Origin: an uncultured Candidatus Saccharibacteria bacterium
GTDB taxonomy: Bacteria > Patescibacteriota > Minisyncoccia > Phycocordibacterales > Zambryskibacteraceae
Direction: 5' to 3'
Assembly: GCA_964504255.1 (NCBI GenBank)
Contig: CAZDDU010000003.1
Span: forward strand, 1-63,895
DNA: 63,895 nucleotides
Shown here: positions 18,286 to 26,752 of the stretch, piece after piece
Layout of the letters: every line of letters starts with the position of its first letter
Numbering within the stretch: the first letter of the stretch is position 1
The notes under the pieces: generated by a model
The model's database searches: none
Seen by the model: the letters and a program-made list of their open reading frames with translations, nothing else
What the model was told of the DNA's origin: nothing
Position numbers and translations under genes: made by a program

Positions 18286-19488
18286 TTAAGGAAGAAACTT
18301 GGAGAACCAATCGGAAATGACCCGGAGACCCTTCTTCCCGCCCTCTGCAAATTTGTCCAAACCCTGTTGACCGACAGGACCTCGTTCGTTGTCTGAGTTG
18401 AAGCCGACTACAGCAAGTCCGTACGCTGTTGACCATGGCAAGTCCTTGTTCGATGTCTTCTCCTCCTCTCCAAAATGTATTGTGCCAACACGAGCGGGGA
18501 GTCTGAGAGCGCTCTCGGCGAAATCCTTGAGTCCATACTGGGCACATGCGCCACCGGTAAGGATTACTCCAGCGGGGAGGAGTTGGTTCCTGTTGATCTT
18601 CTTTAAATGATTCTCCACTAATTCAAAGATGTTTGAGAGTCTCCTGCCAATGATGTCATCGAGCTTCTTCTTCGGATATTCGGCACGGGTGTATGAACCA
18701 AGTTTGACTGACTCCGCTTCCTCAAGAGAGATTTTTAGTCCAAGTGCAATGTCGTTTGTGAGATCGGCACCTCCGACATCAAACACTTCGAGTGAGTGAG
18801 GGTTCGAGTTCTCAAACACGACCATGGACGTTGTTTCGGCACCGATGTTTAAGAGGAGGCATCCAGCACGCTTCTGCTTCTTTGAGAGGATAACGAATGA
18901 TGAGGCGATAGGTCCTGCAACTACATCTACCACTTCGACTCCAGCTTCCTCAACTGATTTGATCAAATCCTCTAGATGATGTTCGAGACAGGTAATGAAA
19001 AGCATTTTTACCTCGAGCTTGCTCCCGCGCATGCCCTCTACACGGGTGAGGGCTGGTTTACCGTCGAGCTTTGTTTCGAGTGGGATACTGTTGATGATCT
19101 TCCTGTTGATCGAGAGTGCCTCGGGGATAGAGTTCTCCGCAGCTTCGTGTGCATTCTCTATATCGAGCATTGTGACCTCAAGGTCGGCCCTAGAGACAGC
19201 TACAGAGCCTGTGGCGACTGCACTACCTAGTCCTGCACCGCTGACTGAGACATAGGCTCGCTTGACCTCGACTCCGGCCTGCTTCTCTGCCTTGCTCACA
19301 GCCATCTGTACGCATCTAGCCACTTCGGGGATGCTTACAATAAGACCTTTGTCGATACCACGAGTCTCGGCGAGTCCTGTGCCGATAATCTTCTGCACAC
19401 TTCTTGCTCCATCACGAACTTCTTCGGCTATAACAACCTTAATGTTTAAACTACCTATGTCGATGCCGACTGAAATGTGTTTGGCCAT
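18286..19488 (-). CDS. ftsA: Cell division protein FtsA
   Basis: VGIDIGS, LLNIGAETT, GGADLTNDIA and VILTGG; adjacent to ftsZ. Confidence 0.93.
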   Translation of the reverse strand: MAKHISVGIDIGSLNIKVVIAEEVRDGARSVQKIIGTGLAETRGIDKGLIVSIPEVARCVQMAVSKAEKQAGVEVKRAYVSVSGAGLGSAVATGSVAVSRADLEVTMLDIENAHEAAENSIPEALSINRKIINSIPLETKLDGKPALTRVEGMRGSKLEVKMLFITCLEHHLEDLIKSVEEAGVEVVDVVAGPIASSFVILSKKQKRAGCLLLNIGAETTSMVVFENSNPHSLEVFDVGGADLTNDIALGLKISLEEAESVKLGSYTRAEYPKKKLDDIIGRRLSNIFELVENHLKKINRNQLLPAGVILTGGACAQYGLKDFAESALRLPARVGTIHFGEEEKTSNKDLPWSTAYGLAVVGFNSDNERGPVGQQGLDKFAEGGKKGLRVISDWFSKFLP

Positions 19489-19828
19489 TAAATAATTTCA
19501 AAAGTCTTTGTTCTTCACTCTCCATCTTACCGCCATGTTGCATCCCTTTCAAATGAAGTAAGCCGTGGATAAAGAGATGTATGGTGCTAAAAACTTTTGT
19601 TTTGTTCAAATCGATGAAAATTTCTCCACTATTTTTTGTAAGAGGGAAGGAGAGGACATTCGCAGGTTTGTCCTTGCCTCGATAAGTTAAATTGAGTTTC
19701 CTCGAGCGAGTACTACCAATAAAGACGAGCGAGAGCTCGTACTTAGTACCTAAAATTTTATTCTTTATTTCTTCAAACGGGAGCTTGGGAGCTCTGGAGC
19801 GTGTGAGGTTCTTGATGGAGAGATCCAT
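19451..19828 (-). CDS. ybeY: rRNA maturation RNase YbeY
   Basis: LNLTYRGKDKPANVLSF and IHGLLHLKGMQH. Confidence 0.9.
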   Translation of the reverse strand: MDLSIKNLTRSRAPKLPFEEIKNKILGTKYELSLVFIGSTRSRKLNLTYRGKDKPANVLSFPLTKNSGEIFIDLNKTKVFSTIHLFIHGLLHLKGMQHGGKMESEEQRLLKLFNGQTHFSRHRHR

Positions 19829-19838
19829 CTAGGTAAAA

Positions 19839-20090
19839 TTAGCGTCGCTTCTTGCCGAACTTCTGTACTTCATTCATCTTGCCGAGCTTCATCAACTCTG
19901 CCATCTCATCCTTCCTCTTTAGATAACTTAGGGTCTTGGCGCGCTTCACATTCTCGCTCTTGGTCCTTTCGGTATAACGCTTCTCTCTAACTTTCATAAG
20001 AATACCTGCGTTTTGAACACGCTTCTGGAAGCGTCTGAGGACGCTTAAGTTGTTTTCGTTACCACCTTTGGTTACTTCGATATTTATCAT
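19839..20090 (-). CDS. rpsU: 30S ribosomal protein bS21-like
   Basis: ENNLSVLRRFQKRV...RYTERTKS, basic, 83 aa. Start at ATG 20090. Confidence 0.7.
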   Translation of the reverse strand: MINIEVTKGGNENNLSVLRRFQKRVQNAGILMKVREKRYTERTKSENVKRAKTLSYLKRKDEMAELMKLGKMNEVQKFGKKRR

Positions 20091-20141
20091 TAGTTGGGCC
20101 ATTTTAGCACAAGGTTTAGGCTCAGGCAAGCCCTAAAACGG

Positions 20142-21257
20142 CTACAAAGGTAGGTGCTTGAGGTACTCAGTTAGGTTGTCTAAGGGGATGGTATCTTGAG
20201 CTCGAGTATTGGTATTCCTCACAGTAACGGTGTTGTCGAGCGCCTCCTTCTGACCGACGATGAGGTGGTAGGGAGACTTGGTCGCCTCTGGCATCTGCAT
20301 TTGGGCCACGAGCTTATCCTTGCCTAGGTAATGGTGTATGGGGATCCTGTAGCCTCGAAGGAGCTCGATGAGGTTCAAGGCCTTCATCCTTGCATCGCGT
20401 CCAAGATGGATGAGATAGAACTTCGACTTAGGAGCTTCTTTGTAAATTTTGGTACCCTTAACCTTCTTGCCTCCGTAGATAGTGGCACCGATGAGTGGGA
20501 GCTCTCGCTTGAATCCGAACCGCCTTGAGAGTCTAGAGTATCTGAATCCACCAGCGAGCAAATTATTCTCCGCATCCCTAATAGCGAAAAGAGTTTCCGA
20601 ACAAAGATTCTTGTGGCCCACTAGCTCTGGGGCGAAGCGGTACTCTATCTTCAAAGCATCTAAATAATCTAGTACTTCCTTGAACTGAGCTCGACTCTGA
20701 GAGGTGAGGCTTGCAATAGAGGAAGGCATGTCCTTTTTGAACCCCTTGGCTTCCTCGCTCTCTGACTTGGCAATCTGAAAGGCGTCATCTTTAAATATTT
20801 TCTTCAATTCCTGTGAGAGATTGTGACAGGTCTTGGCTACGAAGCTCTTCAACTCTCTTTCGTACGAGGCTATAGAGTCTTTGTCGCCAATAGAGTTTAT
20901 CTCGACCACCATATCCTTGTAACCCTCCTCGGTTAAGACAGATAGTGCTGTGCGAATGAGTTTGGCTTCAGCTACGCCCACTGGATAGCCTACAAGTTCT
21001 AGTGAGTAGTTGTGACCTCGCTTCCAAGACACCGCTAGTGGGTGAGGGAGGTTCGCCAACTTCTTGTCTACATAGTGCCTGATGAAGGCTGCTTTCTCCG
21101 GAGCGTTACAAACTAGTTGGTTACTGTTCTTGGGTACATCTTCTTCGCAGTCTTTAGTAATTTTAATATCTACTGGAGTGACGGACGGAGCATCGATCGG
21201 CGAGAAGCCGAAGTGTGCTGCTATCCAAAGCGGTTTATCGAATTCAGTTTTTCTCAT
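20142..21257 (-). CDS. Degenerate HisRS/HisZ-like class II aaRS paralog with an anticodon-binding domain
   Basis: Similarity to HisRS (LAGGFRY, HLIVGQKEALDNTVTVRNTNTRAQ), but motif 2 (FRxE) and the motif-3 Arg are missing. Confidence 0.65.
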   Translation of the reverse strand: MRKTEFDKPLWIAAHFGFSPIDAPSVTPVDIKITKDCEEDVPKNSNQLVCNAPEKAAFIRHYVDKKLANLPHPLAVSWKRGHNYSLELVGYPVGVAEAKLIRTALSVLTEEGYKDMVVEINSIGDKDSIASYERELKSFVAKTCHNLSQELKKIFKDDAFQIAKSESEEAKGFKKDMPSSIASLTSQSRAQFKEVLDYLDALKIEYRFAPELVGHKNLCSETLFAIRDAENNLLAGGFRYSRLSRRFGFKRELPLIGATIYGGKKVKGTKIYKEAPKSKFYLIHLGRDARMKALNLIELLRGYRIPIHHYLGKDKLVAQMQMPEATKSPYHLIVGQKEALDNTVTVRNTNTRAQDTIPLDNLTEYLKHLPL

Positions 21258-21819
21258 TTGTGAATTTATCTAAACTTCCTGGCCAGAAACTAAGTGGCCA
21301 GACTCGGAAGATGGGTCGGCCAACAATATTTTTCTCTGGCACAGGGCCCCAAAACCTAGAGTCCGAGCTCCCAGCTCTGTTGTCGCCCATGACGAAGTAT
21401 TCATTCTCAGCTAGTTTGACCGAATGAGAGTCCTCCTTCGCGTATATGATGTAAGGCTCAATCAATTTTAGTCCGTCTGGATTCTCCGCGTTCACTATAG
21501 TTACTTCTCCATTGTTAATCGTCACTTGCTCATTGGGTAGACCAATAACTCTCTTGATGAAAAACTTTTTTGGATCTCTTGGGTACTTAAAGATGAGTAC
21601 CGAACCACGTTCTGGAGTGTTGAAGTGGTAGGTGAGTTCGTCGACTATTAGGTACTGGCTGTTTTTGAAGGTTGGATCCATCGATGCACCGTCAACGATG
21701 AAGGGTTGAGCGATGAAGAGACGGAAGGGGATGACTATAACGACTGCAATGACGACCAATTTCATTAATTCTTTCCAGAAATTCTGTTTTGATTCTTCAG
21801 AAGTAACAATTGGCTCCAT
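21244..21819 (-). CDS. lepB: Signal peptidase I
   Basis: VDGASMDPT, FIKRVIGLP and MGDNRAGSSDSR. Confidence 0.95.
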   Translation of the reverse strand: MEPIVTSEESKQNFWKELMKLVVIAVVIVIPFRLFIAQPFIVDGASMDPTFKNSQYLIVDELTYHFNTPERGSVLIFKYPRDPKKFFIKRVIGLPNEQVTINNGEVTIVNAENPDGLKLIEPYIIYAKEDSHSVKLAENEYFVMGDNRAGSSDSRFWGPVPEKNIVGRPIFRVWPLSFWPGSLDKFTNEKN

Positions 21820-21849
21820 AATTTCGAGACATTGTATTATAATCCTTTC

Positions 21850-22335
21850 ATGTACACAATAATTGGTCTCGGAAACCCAGGTGAGGAGTATGAACTAACC
21901 CGTCACAACACAGGCAAAATGGCTGTTGAGGTCCTAGAAAACAAAGAAGTTAAGGCCAAGTATATTCATCAAGACACTTTCATGAATAAATCAGGAAGTG
22001 CCGTGGCCAAAGTGGTCAAAAGTAAGTCGGCTGCAAGGAAATTGATCGTTATTTATGACGATTTGGACCTCCCACTAGGTACTATGAAGATCTCTTACAA
22101 CAGAGGCTCTGGCGGACACAAAGGTCTCGAGTCTGTAGCGAGGGCGGTGAAGACCAAGGAGTTTATTCGTATCAGGATCGGTATTGGCAAGAAGAGTGAT
22201 ATAGAGAAGCATATTTTGGGCAAGTTCACCCCCAAGGAGCAAGCTGAACTAAAGAAAGTATTTAAGAACTTAGTAACTGCAGTTGAGACTATTATCGAAG
22301 ACGGATACGAGGCAGCGATGACGCAGTTTAATTAA
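21850..22335 (+). CDS. pth: Peptidyl-tRNA hydrolase
   Basis: IIGLGNPG, TRHN, FMNKSG, YDDLDLP and GGHKGL. Confidence 0.95.
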   Translation: MYTIIGLGNPGEEYELTRHNTGKMAVEVLENKEVKAKYIHQDTFMNKSGSAVAKVVKSKSAARKLIVIYDDLDLPLGTMKISYNRGSGGHKGLESVARAVKTKEFIRIRIGIGKKSDIEKHILGKFTPKEQAELKKVFKNLVTAVETIIEDGYEAAMTQFN

Positions 22336-22347
22336 GAAAAGCCGCGC

Positions 22348-22806
22348 CTAATCGGCGCGGTTCGGGACATTCACCAGGGTTTTGTAGCTGTTTACTGCTC
22401 GACCGCAGATCATGAGGAAGAAACTCTTGTCCGAGTCGGTGAGACTCGGGTAGCGTCTCCTCAGCATTCTCTCGGGGGTGTTTAGCCCCTGGCCGATGAT
22501 CCTTACGATATCGTGTATCCCGTCATTATCTTCTTCGATGATGAGGTCCACTGAGAGTCTTCGGAGTACGCCAGTAAGTGCGGGGAATTGCTTGTTGCCT
22601 TCATCGTAGACGAAGCCGATGAGCATGTCGGTGACTGATACCGTGAAATTACATTCTCTCCGAATGTGGTTCATCACACTCTGCAAGACTGTGTGTAGAG
22701 GGGCAACCTCGATCTCTCGCAGGTTGATACGATGGAAGCCGTGCATGAGATAGAGGACGATTATGTGTTGCCAATCCTCTCTTTCGCCATTGTGGAACTT
22801 GGGCAT
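22348..22806 (-). CDS. Hypothetical protein, possible winged-helix (SocA/DUF4065-like)
   Basis: SD AAAGGAG and own promoter. Segment FVYDEGNKQFPALTGVLRRL; the fold call is inference. Confidence 0.6.
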   Translation of the reverse strand: MPKFHNGEREDWQHIIVLYLMHGFHRINLREIEVAPLHTVLQSVMNHIRRECNFTVSVTDMLIGFVYDEGNKQFPALTGVLRRLSVDLIIEEDNDGIHDIVRIIGQGLNTPERMLRRRYPSLTDSDKSFFLMICGRAVNSYKTLVNVPNRAD

Positions 22807-22884
22807 ACAGGGGCTCCTTTGGTGAGTTCAATCTGTCTCTTATATAGCCATAAATTGTGTATTTATGCAAAGAAAAACCCGAAG

Positions 22885-23358
22885 CTACGCTTCGGGCTGG
22901 GCTACTGCCTCTGGAGTGTCTTGAGGTATCTCCCGGATGCCGTCGATCACGACAGGATCATTGGTATTGTCATAGAGGTCGGCAAACCTGGGAAAGATCT
23001 GGAGTACAGCAGCGTAGATTTGCCAGTACTCGGTGAAGACTTTTCTTTCGGTGGTGGTTCCGGTCAATAGACTGAGGGTGCTTGAGCGGTAGATATTGCC
23101 GCGCTCTATCCAGTGGCTAAATACTAGCCGCTGGATAGCTCCTTCGAGTTCGTCCCATATGCGAGTGACGGGGTTTTTCCTGTACCATCTCACATCCACT
23201 CCTTCGATTTTCATCTCCTCGATCAGGTGCCAGCACTCATGGAGCTTTAGGACCGACACCGATCCTCTGCGACCACCCTTGTCTCGAATTAGGCACACTA
23301 GCACAGAGAAAACAATCAGTTCCTTGATGTTGTCATCTTCAAGCATCCGCTTGCTCAT
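22885..23358 (-). CDS. Hypothetical protein, possible winged-helix, distant paralog of 22348-22806
   Basis: SD AGGAGG; segment WYRKNPVTRIWDELEGAIQRLVFSHWIE. Confidence 0.6.
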   Translation of the reverse strand: MSKRMLEDDNIKELIVFSVLVCLIRDKGGRRGSVSVLKLHECWHLIEEMKIEGVDVRWYRKNPVTRIWDELEGAIQRLVFSHWIERGNIYRSSTLSLLTGTTTERKVFTEYWQIYAAVLQIFPRFADLYDNTNDPVVIDGIREIPQDTPEAVAQPEA

Positions 23359-23419
23359 GCTGCCTCCTGTATAAGTTCAGTATCTAACACAACTGTAACA
23401 TTCATTTTAAATTCACAAT

Positions 23420-23449
23420 AAGAAATCCCCACTCTAGTGGGGATTTCTT
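23420..23449. terminator. Terminator of rpsA
   Basis: AAGAAATCCCCAC/GTGGGGATTTCTT perfect 13-bp stem. Confidence 0.8.
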
Positions 23450-23452
23450 TCA

Positions 23453-23484
23453 GATCGAGCTACTCGTAGTGAGCGAAGTCGAAC
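23453..23484 (+). repeat. REP-like relic GAGCGAAGTCGAA next to the rpsA stop
   Basis: 23471-23483 is the exact reverse complement of TTCGACTTCGCTC in the rnpB insertion. Confidence 0.5.
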
Positions 23485-24593
23485 TACTTTTTGCTCTTGT
23501 CTATGTAAGAGAGCGCCATCTTCTGCTCCTTAGGATCAAAGAGCGTGATCTTGAATGAGTATGACTTACCCATCTCAAGAGTTGCTCTTAAGTTGTCCTC
23601 AGAGCCGAACTCAGAGACATGCACAAGGCCCGCAACACCTTCCTCGATAGAGGCGAGTGCACCATGCTTGTTGTATTTGATGATCACACCCTCGACCACA
23701 TCGTCCTTCTTGTAGTTCTTCGATGCATCCTTCCATGGATTCTCCTTCAAGGCCTTGATAGAGAGTGAGATTTTCTCATCCTTGATTTCGATGATCTTCA
23801 CCTTCACCTTTTCTCCAATCTTGAACATTGCTTTAGGATTCTCCACTAGACCCCAATCAATCTCAGAGATGTGTACTAGGCCCTCTAGTCCTTCCTCGAG
23901 CTTCACAAAGACACCGAAGTCGACGAGTCCTGTGATCTCACCCTGGAGCTCATCGCCGAGAGTGTAACGAGCGAGGATGCTCTCCTTGCTCTTGGTCTCA
24001 GGTGACTTCTCAGAGAAGATAAGCTTACCCTCCTTAGGTGCCGCACCGATGATGGTGACAGTGAGCTTCTCACCAACTAACTTCCTTAGCTCGTCTAGGA
24101 TCTTGTCCTTATCGCCATCGTTCACTCTAGGATAATGCTCAGGCTTAAGCTGTGATGCTGGGAGGAATCCTTGGATACCTTGCCAGTTCAAAATAAGTCC
24201 ACCCTTGTTGGCATCAGTAACAAGAATGTCGAAGATTCTCTTGTCGCGGATTGCCTCGTCAGCGTCGCTCCAGATGAGTGCCTGTCTTGCTTCCTTAAGA
24301 GAGATCTCGATGTAGCCGTCTTTGCCACCCATAGAGACCACCTTGCCTGCGACCGCATCGCCGACATTGATCTTCTTGATTATGTCACGAGCGTTCATGA
24401 ACTCGCGTCCGTAGATGATACCGGTGCCGTATGGAGGTAAGTCGATATATACCGCTCCCTTGTCGATGCTTATTACAGAACCTTCCACTACATCCTCAAC
24501 TGCTGGTGGGTTTGGTGACTTAGCCACCAACTGACCCATAAGAGAGTTGTCTACTTCGACAACCTTCTCCTTCTTAACTTTTTCTTTAATCAT
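23484..24593 (-). CDS. rpsA: 30S ribosomal protein bS1, four-domain form
   Basis: Repeated S1 domains (GFLPASQL, DFGVFV, GLVHISEIDW, GLVHVSEF). Start at ATG 24593. Confidence 0.92.
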   Translation of the reverse strand: MIKEKVKKEKVVEVDNSLMGQLVAKSPNPPAVEDVVEGSVISIDKGAVYIDLPPYGTGIIYGREFMNARDIIKKINVGDAVAGKVVSMGGKDGYIEISLKEARQALIWSDADEAIRDKRIFDILVTDANKGGLILNWQGIQGFLPASQLKPEHYPRVNDGDKDKILDELRKLVGEKLTVTIIGAAPKEGKLIFSEKSPETKSKESILARYTLGDELQGEITGLVDFGVFVKLEEGLEGLVHISEIDWGLVENPKAMFKIGEKVKVKIIEIKDEKISLSIKALKENPWKDASKNYKKDDVVEGVIIKYNKHGALASIEEGVAGLVHVSEFGSEDNLRATLEMGKSYSFKITLFDPKEQKMALSYIDKSKK

Positions 24594-24720
24594 TAGTGTG
24601 ATTCTCAGACGGTCCTTCGGCCTCAAGAGTGTTTGCCTAGGCGGGAAGGGGATACGTACCGAGAGTTGCTATTAAACTCACACGAGCCATCAAGGTAACA
24701 GAAAATGATCGGTTTGTAAA
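24594..24720 (-). promoter_or_regulatory. rpsA promoter and structured 5' leader
   Basis: TTTACA-17-TACCTT with a TG extension. The leader's 5' GTGTGA pairs with TCACAC just before the ATG; internal GAGTT/AACTC and GGCC-GAA-GGAC hairpins. Confidence 0.55.
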
Positions 24721-24733
24721 TGTTTTTGTATAT

Positions 24734-25167
24734 AAAAAAGAACAACCCTTGTGGGGGTTGTGTGTGGGGCGGTGGCTCCCGCGGGCCCCGGATCGTGTCC
24801 GGGGCCCGCGGGGTAAAACTATGCCGCGTTTTCGTCTGCTCTGTGTGTTCCAACGCCGGTCCTTGCCGGGACAATGATGGTGTAAGCGGGCCCAGTTACC
24901 TTAACCTGGGTGATTCGTCGGGTAACACCTCCTTTCTTTGTAAACCCCGTGGGGTCGGCGACTGTTGGGCGGAATGCGTCCGGCCCTGCGCGAGCTCCGA
25001 GTCGAGTCTTGGCCGCCGAAGTGGTGCCAATCTGACCGGAGCGGAGTAGCCCGTCACTGTCTCTCCTAGGCTCAGTGGTCTACCGACTGGTAGCCACCTT
25101 GCTGAATTCAGGCGAGAGTGAGGGGCAGCCCCGCACGCCCTGTGGGCATGCGGGCAGGAACTAATCT
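24734..25167 (-). ncRNA. Unassigned large structured RNA candidate (~430 nt)
   Basis: GC-rich non-coding island with a consensus promoter, many strong hairpins (one of 15 bp), a C(UUCG)G loop and a terminator with a U-tract. No ORF with a canonical start looks credible. Confidence 0.65.
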
Positions 25168-25173
25168 ATATTA

Positions 25174-25202
25174 ACCTTAGCACACCCTGTCTATAATGTC
25201 AA
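25174..25202 (-). promoter_or_regulatory. Sigma70 promoter of the 24734-25167 RNA
   Basis: TTGACA-17-TAAGGT with a TG extension. Confidence 0.75.
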
Positions 25203-25265
25203 GCACTTTTTTGCCTTCCACCTTATTTACTGAGGGGAGGGCTCGGGGGAAATATGGGGATAAAT

Positions 25266-25299
25266 TGTGGATAACTCCTACCAAGGCCCGGCCTCGGTA
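25266..25299. repeat. 21-bp palindrome plus DnaA box, copy 2
   Basis: TGTGGATAA at 25266, then TACCAAGGCCCGGCCTCGGTA at 25279-25299. Confidence 0.75.
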
Positions 25300-25328
25300 A
25301 AATAATAGAAAAAGCCCGCTAGTGTGTG

Positions 25329-25556
25329 CTAGCGGGTCTTTGGGGGTACTGTCATCTGATATTTATCGAGCATCGCAGACTCGTCCTGAGAGATGGCGTG
25401 GAATCGACTCCTACGCATCGTAACTGGATCAAGCTTGACAGCTCTTGGAATCTGCTTGCTCAACACCTCTGCGGCTGTTATTGCCGAAGAGATGCCAAGC
25501 ATGAGAACTGTCAGACTCATAGTAGTCCAGAGAGCTCTCTTGATTCCTTGGATCAC
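25329..25556 (-). CDS. Small hypothetical secreted/membrane protein
   Basis: Translationally coupled (GTGA overlap) to 25553-26038; hydrophobic N-terminus. Confidence 0.55.
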   Translation of the reverse strand: MIQGIKRALWTTMSLTVLMLGISSAITAAEVLSKQIPRAVKLDPVTMRRSRFHAISQDESAMLDKYQMTVPPKTR

Positions 25557-26038
25557 TGACCAGCCTTCGTGACGACGAACTTGTCACAGCGAGGGTTCTC
25601 GATGTCGAGGGACGAGGTGAAGGTGAGCATGTAGTTCGGCACCACCGTGTAGGTGATACTCGCGATCGGCTTCCGAGAGCAGATGCGCACTTCACCGGTA
25701 TTCGCGAGGCGGAGTTCTCCGCTCTGGAGTACCTCGATCGTCTGCGGGTCACTCGAGCAGAAGGTCTGTGTGCTGTCAGAGACATCGCAGTCCTTCCGCG
25801 CCGGCTTGAGTACGATAGCCGGAGTTGAGTCGACCTGGGTCGCCGTGTCTGCCACTTCGACTGGTGTAGTGACCGAGTCCTTGCTGTCATTCTGGAAGTA
25901 GGCGAGCGCACGTGGGGTTCCCTTCACTAGGAGCCAAGCTCCGATGCCTATCACAGCGATTGCGGCAATGGTTCGAAGCAGGCCACTGATCCTTCCCCCA
26001 ATCGAGCTACTGGTCCACCAATTACGAAGTTGAAGCAC
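25553..26038 (-). CDS. GC-rich membrane-anchored exported protein with Cys pairs
   Basis: SD AAGGAGG, N-terminal TM helix, Thr/Asp-rich linker and a beta-rich domain with four Cys. Confidence 0.7.
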   Translation of the reverse strand: MLQLRNWWTSSSIGGRISGLLRTIAAIAVIGIGAWLLVKGTPRALAYFQNDSKDSVTTPVEVADTATQVDSTPAIVLKPARKDCDVSDSTQTFCSSDPQTIEVLQSGELRLANTGEVRICSRKPIASITYTVVPNYMLTFTSSLDIENPRCDKFVVTKAGQ

Positions 26039-26158
26039 TTGAGCCTCCTTAAAGGGTCTGGGTTCTGTGGGTATAATGTATTAAATTAGCTCTGTTGTCA
26101 AGCATATTAATAGGTAGAAAGTGCTGGTTTTTGGCCTCAAATATGCTAAAATAGACTT

Positions 26159-26725
26159 ATGATAGTGACCTACCAAGGCCAGTCTTCCTTCAAGATCTCT
26201 CAAGGGTCTCTCTCTTTAAGCATCAACCCCACTTCGAAGACCGCGGCCGACATCACGCTCTTTACTACAGAGAGGAGTGAGACCTCGGAGAAGTCCGGAT
26301 TCGTCATTATGGGCCCGGGGGAATATGAGGTGAAGGATGTCTCGATCAAGGGATTCTTGTCTAAGGGCAAGAAGGATTTGATAAACACTGTATATAAGAT
26401 GAATGTTGAGGGCATGAATATTTGTTTTCTCGGTGATTTGGCTGATGCAGATTTGAGCTCGAATGTGATAGAAGAGTTAGAGGATATTGATCTACTCTTC
26501 GTACCGGTTGGTGGGGGTGGAGTACTCGATCCAAATACGGGTTACAAACTTGCCGTAAAGCTAGAGCCTTCCCTTATCATTCCTATGCATTACGACGCCG
26601 AAAGCTTGAAGAAGTTTATAAAAGAGGCTGGAGAGGATAAGGCTGATGCAATAGATAAATTGGTGATAAAAAAGAAGGACCTGGAAGGCAAGGAGGGCGA
26701 GATAGTGGTGTTGAAAGAAGAGTAG
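26159..26725 (+). CDS. MBL-fold (beta-lactamase-like) protein
   Basis: GPGEYEVKDV, EGMNICFLGDL, DLLFVPVGG and IIPMHY. The usual HxHxDH motif is not evident. Confidence 0.8.
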   Translation: MIVTYQGQSSFKISQGSLSLSINPTSKTAADITLFTTERSETSEKSGFVIMGPGEYEVKDVSIKGFLSKGKKDLINTVYKMNVEGMNICFLGDLADADLSSNVIEELEDIDLLFVPVGGGGVLDPNTGYKLAVKLEPSLIIPMHYDAESLKKFIKEAGEDKADAIDKLVIKKKDLEGKEGEIVVLKEE

Positions 26726-26752
26726 AATAAGGAATAATGAATAGTAAATAAA

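Noticed and set aside
24734-25167. tmRNA (standard or permuted) identity for the large RNA, suggested by ADENAA* and a GGCACCA-loop-GCCAA hairpin
   Set aside because: No G3-U70 acceptor pair, no T-arm with a UUCRA loop and no GGGG..UUCGAC 5' motif. Kept only as an unassigned RNA.
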